Shown here piece by piece: positions 32,628 through 43,634 of a stretch of DNA of 64,000 bases. A program made the translations under genes and the position numbers. How positions within the stretch are numbered: the stretch's first letter is position 1; the number at the start of each line of letters is the position of its first letter. Origin of the DNA: an uncultured Gemmatimonadales bacterium (lineage in GTDB: Bacteria > Gemmatimonadota > Gemmatimonadetes > Gemmatimonadales > Gemmatimonadaceae); contig CAVSUI010000003.1 of the NCBI GenBank assembly GCA_963731365.1, positions 1,116,054 through 1,180,053 on the forward strand, given 5' to 3'. A model generated the notes under the pieces. It worked only from the letters and a program-made list of their open reading frames with translations, was not told the DNA's origin and ran no database searches.

Positions 32628-34941
32628 TCACCGCACGCGCAATACATCCTCTGCAGCGCCGGCGTCGCCGGACGCGAGGAGTTTCCTGATCTCGCCCAGC
32701 GCCTGAGTAGCGCGCGGCCAGATGAGGCGTGCCGGCGCCTCGTCGATCGGCAGCCACTCGTACGCGTCATGTTCGCTGCCGAGCGTCACGCGGTTGAGGC
32801 TGTCCGCGAATGCGCAGAACACGACGGCGAGCTCTACAGTCGAGATGCTGTGCAGGTAGAAGGCGTGAACGGTGACGTTGTAGAGCCGCTGCGCATCGAG
32901 TCCGGTCTCCTCGCGCAACTCGCGCAACGCCGCGTCTTCGGGTCGCTCATCCGCTTCGATGTGCCCGTGAATTGCTTCCCACGCGCCAGGGCATCGGGTC
33001 GACGTCGAGCGTCGCAGCGTAAGCACTCGCCATGGCTCGCGCGACGGGTCGATCACGTACACGTCCACGACTCCGACACGCATCCGTGTGCCGCTCTGCG
33101 TCACGCCCTCACTTCCATCGTCCATGTCGATTAGAGTCGCGCCGTCACGGCTTGAATATGTCTCCGCAACCGCGCGCGCGCCGTCCGATCTCGCCGGAGA
33201 CAAGTATTCGCCGAGCTCGAGATCACGCGGATCGCTCGCGCTCTGATCGTCGGTCTCGGAGTCGAGCACTCGCGAGACCTCGTCGGGCGTCGTGTCACCA
33301 TCGAGCACCCGCGCGACGCCGCCGCTCCACAGTGAGCGCATCCCTTCAGCTCGCGCCGCTGTCGCGATCGTCGCCGCGGGCCGCGCAGCGGCGATGAGCT
33401 TGCTGATGGACGCCGTCATCGACAACAGCTCCACGACGGCCAGTCGTCCCTGAAAGCCGGTACCCGCACACAGCGCGCACCCTTTTCCGCTCCACAGTCG
33501 CGCGCCGCTCGGCACCACTCCCCACAGCGATGACGGGATCGGCGCGCACGTTGGCGCAGCACACGCATTGCACGTCCGGCGCAGGAGGCGCTGCGCAACG
33601 ACGCCCTTGAGCGCAGCCGCGACCTTGGCCGGCTCGACGCCAAGGTCGTGAAGCCGTGCGATACTGCTCGCTGCGTCGATAGTATGAAGCGTCGCGAAGA
33701 CGAGGTGGCCGGTCAGCGACGCCTGGATCGCGATGGACGCGGTCTCCTGATCCCTGATCTCGCCAACGAGGATCACGTCCGGATCCTGCCGCAGGATCGA
33801 GCGCAGCGCCGCGGCGAACGTGAGCCCCGCCTTCTCGTTCACCTGCGACTGTACGATTCCGGCAATGCGATACTCTACTGGATCCTCGACCGTGATGACG
33901 TTGAGCCCTCGCTCGAGCATCTGGTGCAGCGCGGCGTAGAGCGTCGTCGTCTTGCCTGAGCCGGTCGGGCCGGTGACGAGAATGAGACCTTCGCGCGTCT
34001 CGAGCAGCCGCTTCAACCGGTCGAGATCGTCGGTCGCGAAGCCCAATGCGTCTAGCGACTTCACAGCGCCGCGCGAGTCGAGAATGCGGATCACCACTTT
34101 TTCGCCGTGCGCCGAGGGAAGTGTCGAGACACGAAGGTCGATGCGCTCGCCGTCGATCTTCACCATCGCGCGGCCACCCTGCGGCCGCAGTCTGTCGGCG
34201 ATGTCCATCCCTGACATGATCTTCACGCGTGACACGAGCGGCAGCCCGATCGCGCGAGGGAGCGACATCGCGTGACGCAGCACGCCATCGACACGAAGGC
34301 GCACCACCACACTCTCTTCCTGCGCTTCGAGGTGTATGTCGCTTGCGCGCGCCGCGATCCCCTGCGCTACGATGTGATCGACCAGTCGCACGACTGGACG
34401 CTCCGACGCGCGGTCGAGGAGCTGCTCCGCAGTGACGTCTTCAGCGATGTCGGGCACGCTCTCGACAGCGACCTTGGGGATCGACGCGAGAATCCTGTCC
34501 ACAGCCGATTCCGGCGCGATACACCTCATCGAGGCGCTCTGCGATCCGTGCCGGCGCCGCCAGCGACATGCGCACGCGCTTTCCCGACACGAAAGCGAGT
34601 GTCTGCTCGCAATCGAGATCGTAGGGATTGGCGGTCGCGACGTCGAGCGTCGTGCCTGACACCGCGAGTGGAAGAACCGCGAACCTCCGCGCAAGCTGCT
34701 CCGGCACGCGCGCTCGTGCCTGCGGTGTGGACTTGAGACTCGCCGCTACGCCGACGCGGCTTCGCGCCGCGACGACACCCAGTAGTGTCTCGTCGGTTAC
34801 TATCCCGCGCGAGACCGCGGCACGCCAGTAGCTTCCGTCGCGCTCCACTTCCAACGCGAGGTCGACCTTTGGGTGGAGCTCCTTGAGAAGTGGCGCGAGC
34901 CACGAATCGTTCACCGAGCGAGTGATGGCGCTGTCGTGCAT
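32628..34941 (-). CDS. GspE/PilB-family secretion ATPase with an N-terminal T2SSE_N domain, read through in frame into a C-terminal Nudix hydrolase domain (frame interrupted near 34512)
   Basis: N-domain (ORF 34441..35001): FAVLPLAVSGTTLDVATANPYDLDCEQTLAFVSGKRV. ATPase: Walker A GPTGSGKTTT, VITVEDPVEY, ILRQDPDVILVGEIRD, GHLVFATLHT and tetra-Cys CNAC...CALCAGTG. After about 60 acidic linker residues comes the Nudix box GAWEAIHGHIEADERPEDAALRELREETGL. There is no stop between the domains. Confidence 0.75.
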
Positions 34942-35012
34942 CTCGACTTCCTCCGCGCGCCAACATGGTTCGGAGTGAGCGGCCGCGACCAAGCCGCGCA
35001 CCGCTCACATCA

Positions 35013-35552
35013 TCACGCTGCCGCCGACGCGAAGATCTCCGGCCACACCACTTTCACGAGCTCGCGAATGGAAGTCTTGCCGTGGTCGCGGGCGTACCAC
35101 TGACGGACGTGATGGTACTTCTCAGCCGGCGCGAGTCCGAGCCCCGTGCTGCGCACCCACTCCTGCAGCGGGGCGGGTCGCGGTCCCCACGTCCCGATCT
35201 CGCGCCAATCCTCGTCGTACACGATCGCGAGCGGGATCGACCGACCACCGTTGGTGAGATGGCTGTCCATCAGATCCGGATTCGCCTCGCGCCCGAGCAG
35301 CCGCACTTCGAGCGGCGCGATCAGATCGGCGAGCTTGGCGATGTACGGCACTGATCCCACCGCATCGAGGCACCAGTCCTCGTTCAGGATGGCGATGTTG
35401 ATGCGGCGACTGACCTTCTCGAGATCACAAACGATCCGCGCCTCGATCTCAGCGCGCTTTGCGCCAATGTGCCACAGCTCAGCGAGATTGGTCGCACTCT
35501 CCACGAACTGCGTGAATGTCTGCGCCGACTCGAAGCGGCTACGATCCATCAT
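35013..35552 (-). CDS. Thioredoxin-fold family protein (no CxxC seen)
   Basis: Intact 179 aa. ...ILNEDWCLDAVGSVPYIAKLA...GRSIPLAIVYDEDWREIGTWGPRP resembles thioredoxin-like family proteins. The start overlaps the upstream stop (ATGA). Confidence 0.45.
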   Translation of the reverse strand: MMDRSRFESAQTFTQFVESATNLAELWHIGAKRAEIEARIVCDLEKVSRRINIAILNEDWCLDAVGSVPYIAKLADLIAPLEVRLLGREANPDLMDSHLTNGGRSIPLAIVYDEDWREIGTWGPRPAPLQEWVRSTGLGLAPAEKYHHVRQWYARDHGKTSIRELVKVVWPEIFASAAA

Positions 35553-36383
35553 TGCTTGGGCTTCTTGATGGAGGTCAGGTGCATCACGTCGTGCGGCGCG
35601 TTGGGCTTCACGCGGATGCTCTTGGCCGGTATGCCGACGTGCACATGGTACGGACGGACGTCCTTCGTCGCGATCGCGCCCGCTCCCACCATTCCATTCT
35701 CACCTACGTGCACGCCCGCGAGCACGGTCGCGTGGTACGTGATCCGCACGTCGTCGTCGATCCGCGTCACCGCGTCGGTGACGTCGCGCTGGTCCACGAT
35801 GCTGTGGGTATGGCTGTAGATGTTGGCGTAGTCGCTGATCGAGACACGGTTCCCCAGCACGATCCCGCCGCGGTCGTCGAGCAACACGTTGCGATGGATG
35901 ACGACGTCGTCACCGACCTCCATGTTGTATCCGAATGACAGCTCGACGTTCTGGAACGCCTTGAAGTTCTCGCCACAGCGCTTGAAGATCCGTTGCGCGA
36001 GAATTCGCCTCAGCCTCACTCCAAGATCGACGTTCTGGCCGCCGACCGCGGTGCGGTCGAAGGAGTACCAGAGCCACAGCAGCGGCTTGGTGCGCGCGAA
36101 AGCCTCGTCGTCGCACTCGGAGTAGTACTCTGGCTCGAGAGTGACGTTGTGAGGGTCGAGCGCCATCAACGCGAGCCTGGTGCCGACGCCCAGCTTGGCA
36201 TCGTTGATTGCCGTGTCCCACGACGCCGCGTATTCCGGATAGATGATCGAGCACAGCACCTTGCGGCACAGCTCGTACGCTGTCAGCGCCGCCGTCCAGC
36301 GCACTTTCTACCTCCGCCAGGAAATCCCGTGCGACGCGCTCGCTCGGCGCGTCGCCGAGCTTTCTCAGTGGAAGAATCGCCAT
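35549..36383 (-). CDS. Left-handed beta-helix (hexapeptide-repeat) acyltransferase (frame interrupted near 36305)
   Basis: Hexapeptide repeats NMEVGDDVVIHRNVLLDDRGGIVLGNRVSISDYANIYSH...ITYHATVLAGVHVGENGMVGAGAIATKDV. The putative N-terminal 26 aa (MAILPLRKLGDAPSERVARDFLAEVE) are in the ORF 35910..36383 frame. The junction is at a TTT run. Confidence 0.65.
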
Positions 36384-36404
36384 GGGTCGTTGTGACTCGT
36401 CGTA

Positions 36405-37074
36405 TTAGTCGTGTCTGCTCGCTCGCGCGCTCACCATCGCTCGCTCGCTCTCGATACGCTGCAGCGTCTGGTCCCAGCTCGCATCCGACGCGCCCTCGTA
36501 GCTCAGCGTGAGCGGCTGCTGCACCTGCACGTCGCCGTCGAAGATGTAGAGTGCGCTCTGCGTCTCGCGCTGCTTCAGTCTGTTCTCGCCGAAGCCGACT
36601 GTGAGTGGCAGCACGTCGTACGGGGTGAAGTCGCGGCCGCCGCTCGTGATGATCATGTCGCCCGGCGTGAAGCGCGCATCCGGCTCGACGCCGTAGAATG
36701 AGATGAGCCAGACTGAGACCGGCTTGCCGCCGTAGCGCCGCGCGATCGCGTCTATCGCACGCGCGCTACCCTCGCGGAGCCCGTGGATCGCACGGTATGA
36801 ATCGGGAGTGAGCAGTCGTATGATCGCTTCATCGAGCGGCAGCGCGCGAATGAGCACGGTTCCGACGTCGATGTGTAGCGAGATGTCGTCCTGCCGCAGC
36901 GATCCGTATCCCGGTGGCAGCAGCGCGAGCCCCGACGTGTCGTTCTGTGGCGACGTCGGTGATCCCGGAGCCCCCGTCTGCGCGCTCGCGCTTCGCGTTG
37001 CGATTGCCGGCGCGCAGATGCTCGCCGCGCCCAACATCGCCCACGACGACCAGCGAGCCGCGCAGCGGCCTCAC
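36405..37074 (-). CDS. Hypothetical secreted protein
   Basis: ORF 36405..37037 has a signal-like AASICAPAIATRSASAQ. A GTG at 37074 overlaps the engB stop (GTGA) in a neighbouring frame, suggesting an indel near 37030. I recognise no family. Confidence 0.45.
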
Positions 37075-37733
37075 GTCGTAGGCCCTCGGTCGAGGTCGGC
37101 GGTGAGGAGTGAGGCGACCGCACCGGCGAGCTCGTCGCGACCAGAGCCGCTCAACGCGCTGAACGGGATCACCTGATCCACATCCACGCCGAGTGCTCGC
37201 GCGAGCTGCTGCGTGCGCTGCGCGACGGCCGCGCGCGAGAGCTTGTCGGCCTTTGTCGCGACGAAGAGCGCGGGGACGCCAATGTCGGCAATGAACTCGA
37301 GCATCTTCATGTCATCGTCCGTCGGCTCGTGCCGTACGTCGAGAAGCTGCACGACGCCGCGAAGTCGCGGTGTGTGTCGCAGGTACGACTCGATCATGGG
37401 TCCCCATTCGGCGGACTTGCTCTTGGATACCTTCGCGTACCCGTATCCCGGCAGATCGGCGAGGATGAACGAGTCGTTCACCCTGAAGAAGTTGATCTCG
37501 CGCGTGCGCCCGGGAGTCTTGCTCACGCGCGCGAATGCCTTGCGCTTCACCAGACGGTTGAGCAGCGACGACTTCCCGACGTTCGACCGGCCGGCAAACG
37601 CGATCTCGGGCAGCTCCGTCTCTGGACGCCAGCCGCCCACAGTCGCGAGCCCGCCGATGAATTCGAGCGACCGTATCACCAGTGGATCTTGCGTCACCGC
37701 CGACTCACCCATCGGTGGCTGCACGTTGCTCAA
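37071..37733 (-). CDS. engB: Ribosome-biogenesis GTPase EngB/YsxC/YihA
   Basis: G1 [13 protein letters not shown]2 PGRT, G3 DLPGYG, G4 TKADK. Start at TTG 37733 or ATG 37712. Confidence 0.9.
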   Translation of the reverse strand: MSNVQPPMGESAVTQDPLVIRSLEFIGGLATVGGWRPETELPEIAFAGRSNVGKSSLLNRLVKRKAFARVSKTPGRTREINFFRVNDSFILADLPGYGYAKVSKSKSAEWGPMIESYLRHTPRLRGVVQLLDVRHEPTDDDMKMLEFIADIGVPALFVATKADKLSRAAVAQRTQQLARALGVDVDQVIPFSALSGSGRDELAGAVASLLTADLDRGPTT

Positions 37734-40126
37734 AGCGGCGCCGCAGCAATCGGCTGCTCACCTCGGCCCCGGCTTTTCGCAACACTCTTCACCGGGCGCA
37801 GCGCGAGCCTGAGCACCTCGTCCATCGACTTGACCGCATGGAACCTCACCTCGTCTCTCACCTCTCGCGGCAGCTCCTCGATCTCGCGCTCGTTCCCGTG
37901 CGGGATGATCACGTCGCGAACGCGGTTCCGGTGCGCCGCCACTGCCTTCTCCTTGAGCCCACCGATCGGCAGAACGCGTCCGCGCAGCGTGATCTCGCCG
38001 GTCATCGCGAGATCGCCGCGCACCGGCGTTCCCGTCAACGCACTTGCGATTGCCGTCGCGATCGCGATTCCGGCACTGGGCCCATCCTTGGGCGTTGCGC
38101 CGTCGGGGATGTGGATGTGGATGTCGCGATTACGATGGAAATCTTCCGCGATGCCGAGCTGCGAGGCACGAGCGCGCACGTAGCTCATCGCGGCCGACGC
38201 GGACTCCTTCATCACGTCGCCGAGCGTGCCGGTGAGCGAGATCTTGCCGCGGCCGCGCACCACGCTCACTTCGATGTCGAGCGTCTCGCCACCGGCGTTG
38301 GTGTACGCCAGCCCGCGCGCGACCCCGACGTTGTCTTCCAGCGGTGCGATGTCGCTGTCGTGCGGCGCGCTCCCGATGAGCTTTGCCAGATCGCGGGCGC
38401 GAACGCGCTGCGGTGCAGACCGATCGTCGCCCGACTCCGCCTGCGCGACGCGCTAGCTTGCGCGCGAGCTTGGCGATCTGCCGCTCCAGCTCGCGCACGC
38501 CCGCCTCACGCGTGTAACCGCGCATGAGTCGCGGGCAGCACATCCTTCGCGAGCGACACCTGGTCGAGCTCCAGCCCGTTTGCCTCGAGCTGCCGCGGAA
38601 CGAGATAGCGCTCCGCGATCGCGAGCTTCTCCTGATCCAGGTAACCGGGGATGCGAATGATCTCCATCCGGTCACGCAGCGCTTCGGGGATTGCCGCGAG
38701 CGAATTCGCAGTCGTGATGAAGAGCGCTTGCGAGACGTCGTAGTCGAGCTCAAGGTAGTGATCGTTGAACGCGAAGTTCTGCTCGGGGTCGAGCACTTCG
38801 AGCAGCGCCGCCGCGGGATCACCGCGGTAATCCTGACCGAGCTTGTCCACTTCGTCGAGAAGGATCACCGGATTGACTACTTCCGCCCGCCGCATCGCCT
38901 GAATGATGCGACCCGGCATCGACCCGATGTACGTACGCCGGTGGCCGCGGATCTCCGCTTCATCTCTCACTCCGCCAAGCGACATGCGCACGAACTTGCG
39001 TCCCAGCGCGCGTGCGATCGAGCGGCCGAGTGATGTCTTGCCGACTCCCGGCGGCCCTACGAGGCAGAGAATCGGCCCCTCGATTCGGCCCACCAGCGAG
39101 AGCACCGCGATGAAGTCGAGGATGCGGTCCTTCACATCCTCGAGGCCGTAGTGGTCGGCGTCGAGCACTGCGCGCGCGTTCGCGACGTCCAGCGCGTCGG
39201 TGGTGCGCTCCTCCCACGGCAGCGCGACTATCCAGTCGAGGAAGTTGCGCGACACGGTGTGCTCCGGCGATGTAGGCGACAGGCGCCGCAGCTTGCGCAT
39301 CTCACGCTGCACCCTTGCGCGGACTTCTTCGGGGAGCGGCTTCGCGCGCAGCTGCGCTTCGAGCTCACCCGCGTCGTCGGCATCGTCCTGGCCAAGCTCG
39401 CGGTGGATGAGCTTGAGCTGCTCCTGCAGGTAGAATTCGCGCTGCGTCTGGTAGAGCGCGCCGCGCGTGTCGTCGTCGAGCTTACGCTCGAGGCGGAGGA
39501 CCTCGATCTCACCCGAGAGCACCGCGCCCAAGCGCGGCGAAGGCATCCTCGAGCGTGCGCGCCTCGAGGATGTCCTGACGGACCTCGAGCGGGGCAGGGA
39601 CGTGCGCTGCGATGGCGTATGCCTGGCGCTCGCGGTTCGCGGCTCCCTGCACGAGCGAGATCACTTCGGACGGAATGCGCCGCTGCAGCTCCACGTACTC
39701 CTCGAAGAGCGCGATGGCGCGCCGCGCGGTCGCGTCCGCCATCGGTGTCTGCTGCTCCGTATCGACGAGCGGAAACGGTCGCAGCTGCGCGCGCAGCGGA
39801 GCGCCCTGCTTGCCGGTGTAGCGAGTGACTCGTCCGCGCTGCTTCGCTTCGAGCAGGACCTTCGCGCTTCCGTTGGGAAGACGAGTGAGCTGGAGCACCC
39901 TCGCCACCGCGCCCACCCGGTACAGCTCGCGCGACGATGGCTCCTCGACTGCCGGATCGCACTGTGCGACCACGAACACATCGCCGTCTACCGTTGCGTC
40001 CAGCGACGCGAGCGATGACTTCCGCCCGATCACGAGCGGCATCACGACGTGGGGGAAAAAGACAACGTCCCGGAGCGGGAGCACCGGGAGCGTGAGGAGA
40101 TCCGATGGAGCTGTGGTCGGCGGCAT
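37730..40126 (-). CDS. lon: ATP-dependent Lon protease (3 frame changes, near 39535, 38528 and 38452)
   Basis: LON N-domain [23 protein letters not shown] (ORF 39509..40126). AAA+ module [23 protein letters not shown] (ORF 38506..39546). [18 protein letters not shown] (third frame). Protease domain with catalytic [12 protein letters not shown] and ...[20 protein letters not shown] (ORF 37730..38269). Confidence 0.92.
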
Positions 40127-40148
40127 CAGGGTAAAGCTAGTTACCCTG
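40127..40148 (-). promoter_or_regulatory. Inverted repeat CAGGGTAA-N6-TTACCCTG directly abutting the lon start codon
   Basis: Read directly: an 8-bp perfect stem with a 6-nt loop, occupying the 22 nt immediately 5' of the lon ATG (40126) on the coding strand. Its function is unknown. Confidence 0.3.
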
Positions 40149-40196
40149 TTGGCAAGCCGCCGGTAGCGAGCGCTTCGGCGGCCGCCCTGTCGAGGG

Positions 40197-41435
<1,239 letters not shown>

Positions 41436-41495
41436 GGCTCTCTGAAAGCAAATACCGGTGGCGGACGGGGTCAACCATTCTTATACGGTATCGGG

Positions 41496-41515
41496 CTTGT
41501 GAATGAATTCACAAG
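41496..41515. promoter_or_regulatory. Perfect palindrome CTTGTGAATGAATTCACAAG containing a CRP/FNR-type TGTGA-N6-TCACA site in the clpP-clpX spacer
   Basis: Read directly: TGTGA (41498-41502), N6, TCACA (41509-41513). It lies in an AT-rich 95-nt spacer between the clpP stop and the clpX start. Confidence 0.35.
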
Positions 41516-41530
41516 CGTCGCGCCCAACGG

Positions 41531-42163
41531 CTACGCCGTCACCGTCGGCTGATTCGAGGCCTCGATCACTTCGCCGCGATGCGTTACGACGTAGTCGATC
41601 AGACCGTAATCCTTCGCTTCCTGCGCCGACATGAAACGGTCGCGGTCGGTGTCGCGCTCGATCTGCTCGACGGGCCGGCCAGTGTGCTTCGCCATCAGCG
41701 CGTTGAGCCGCTCGCGCAGATAGAGGATTTCCTTTGCCTGGATCTCGATGTCCGACGCGGTGCCGCCGCCGCCGTTCTGCGACGGCTGGTGGATCATGAT
41801 TCGCGAATGCGGCAGCGCGGAGCGACGTCCCTTCGCGCCTGCTGCAAGAAGGAACGAACCCATGCTCGCCGCCATCCCCATGCAGATCGTGTTCACCGGA
41901 CTCTTGAGAAACTGCATCGTGTCGTAGATCGCCAAGCCGGCCGAGACCGAGCCGCCCGGCGAGTTGATGTACATGTGGATGTCGCGCTCCGGATTGTCGG
42001 CGTCCAGAAACAGGAGCTGTGCGATGATGATGTTCGCGACATCGTCGGTCACCGGAGTGCCGAGGAAGATGATGCGATCCATCAGCAGACGTGAGAAGAT
42101 GTCGTACGTGCGCTCGCCGCGTGACGACCGCTCGATGATGTATGGTGCGTAGATCGATGGCAT
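41531..42163 (-). CDS. clpP: ATP-dependent Clp protease proteolytic subunit ClpP
   Basis: Intact 210 aa. [19 protein letters not shown], catalytic [14 protein letters not shown] and RIMIHQP. Confidence 0.97.
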   Translation of the reverse strand: MPSIYAPYIIERSSRGERTYDIFSRLLMDRIIFLGTPVTDDVANIIIAQLLFLDADNPERDIHMYINSPGGSVSAGLAIYDTMQFLKSPVNTICMGMAASMGSFLLAAGAKGRRSALPHSRIMIHQPSQNGGGGTASDIEIQAKEILYLRERLNALMAKHTGRPVEQIERDTDRDRFMSAQEAKDYGLIDYVVTHRGEVIEASNQPTVTA

Positions 42164-42170
42164 TGTTCGT

Positions 42171-43419
42171 TCAGCTCCCGGTGACGATATCGTTACGTGC
42201 TGTGAGCCACTGGAACACCTTGTCCTCAGTGATTGTTCGCTCGAGGTCCTTCAGCCTGCCGCCCTTCTCCAGCGCGGCGTACAACTGGCCTGGCTCCATG
42301 TTGCGCGATGCAGCCTGCTCGGCGATCCTGTCGTCGAGGTCACGCTCTGTCGCGATGAGTCCTTCCTTCTCGGCGATCGTGTCGATGATGAGATCGCGCT
42401 TCACCTGCCGCTCGGCGACGTTCGTGAACTCGCCGTCGAATTGCGCGCGTGCGTCGTCGGGGATGCGATACGCCTCGGCGTAGTTCTTCACGAGCTGCGC
42501 GACCCAACTGCGCGGAACATCGAACGGGTTGGCGTTGATGATCTCGTCGATGAGACGCTGCCTCACTTCGCCTTCCGACTCGCGCTCGGCGTACTTCGTC
42601 ATGTCGTCGCGCACCGCGGCGCGAAGCGCGTCGGCGGAATCGAAGTCGCCGACTTCGGCGGCGAACGCATCGTCGAGCACTGGCAGTTGCTTTCGCTTCA
42701 CTTCGTTGCAGCGTCATGCGCACGGTCTTGGACTGACCGCGCTGCGCTTCATCGGGGAAATCGTCGGGCCAGCGCACCGCGCGCTCGATCGTCTCGCCCG
42801 GCGCTGCTTCCATGATGATCTCCTCGATCCCTGGAATCGCCTTGCCGTCGCCGAGCACGATCGAGACGTCGCGCTGCTCGCCGATGTCGCCGTTCTCGTC
42901 CGAGACTGCGAGCGCCGCGCTCACCATGTCGCCTTCGATCGGCTTCTCATCGACCGGCGCCCAAGTGGCGCGTTCGTCGCGCAGCCGATCGAGCTGCTCC
43001 TGAAGCTGCTCGTCGCTGACCGCAGTGCTTCCCTTCTGCACGCGGAAGCCGTTGGTGCGCGCGAGCTCGACGGTGGGTCTCACCTCGAAGTGGAACTCGA
43101 AGGTGAGCGGTGCGCCATCCTCGAATTTGAGATCGTGGACGTGCGGTTGTGATGCGATCTGGAGGTTGTCCTTCTCGATGATCTCCTTGTACGCCTCGCG
43201 GACCACTGTCTCGATGGTCTCGTTGCGGATCTGCTCCGCGAAGCGCTTGCGCACGACTGCCGGCGGCGCCTTTCCCGGACGGAAGCCGGGCAGTCTCACG
43301 GATGAGGCGTAGCGCTTGGTAGTGCGGTCTTCCGCTGCCGCGACTTCCGCAGCGGGAACCGACACCTCGACGGCGCGCTCGACGCCGGTCGTGTTCTTTG
43401 GCGTTATCTGAATCTCCAT
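42171..43419 (-). CDS. tig: Trigger factor (frame interrupted near 42705)
   Basis: The N-terminus with the ribosome-binding motif [16 protein letters not shown] and the PPIase-like middle are in ORF 42340..43419. The C-terminal arm domain is in ORF 42171..42701. The junction reads ...TVRMTLQ/(E)[11 protein letters not shown]. Confidence 0.9.
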
Positions 43420-43484
43420 ACGCGAAATCTAACGGCGCGGTGGATGCAGTCGCGCATCGCGTGAGAAGCAGAAGGGGCCGGCAA

Positions 43485-43566
43485 TGCGAGGAGGGGGACT
43501 CGAACCCCCACGGTGTGAACCACCAGCTCCTAAGACTGGCGCGTCTACCAGTTTCGCCATCCCCGC
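43485..43566 (-). tRNA. tRNA-Leu (anticodon UAG)
   Basis: Reverse complement GCGGGGATGGCGAAACTGGTAGACGCGCCAGTCTTAGGAGCTGGTGGTTCACACCGTGGGGGTTCGAGTCCCCCTCCTCGCA. It has a 7-bp acceptor stem, anticodon loop CTTAGGA, a long variable arm and the T-arm GGGGG-TTCGAGT-CCCCC. No CCA is encoded. Confidence 0.9.
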
Positions 43567-43571
43567 AGGAG

Positions 43572-43607
43572 CTTAAAACTAAGGGAGCGCTCGATTGAGC
43601 GCTCCCT
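43572..43607 (-). terminator. Intrinsic terminator downstream of htrA
   Basis: On the minus strand: AGGGAGCGCTC aatc GAGCGCTCCCT followed by TAGTTTTAAG. It lies 28 nt after the htrA stop. Confidence 0.65.
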
Positions 43608-43634
43608 CTTCATGCTTGCCGTCCGCTGCCGGTG

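Noticed and set aside
43485-43566. tRNA-Leu as an integration site for a genomic island or prophage.
   Set aside because: There is no integrase, no phage or mobile-element genes, and no direct repeat of the tRNA 3' end visible on either side. The flanking genes are htrA and tig, which are core genes.
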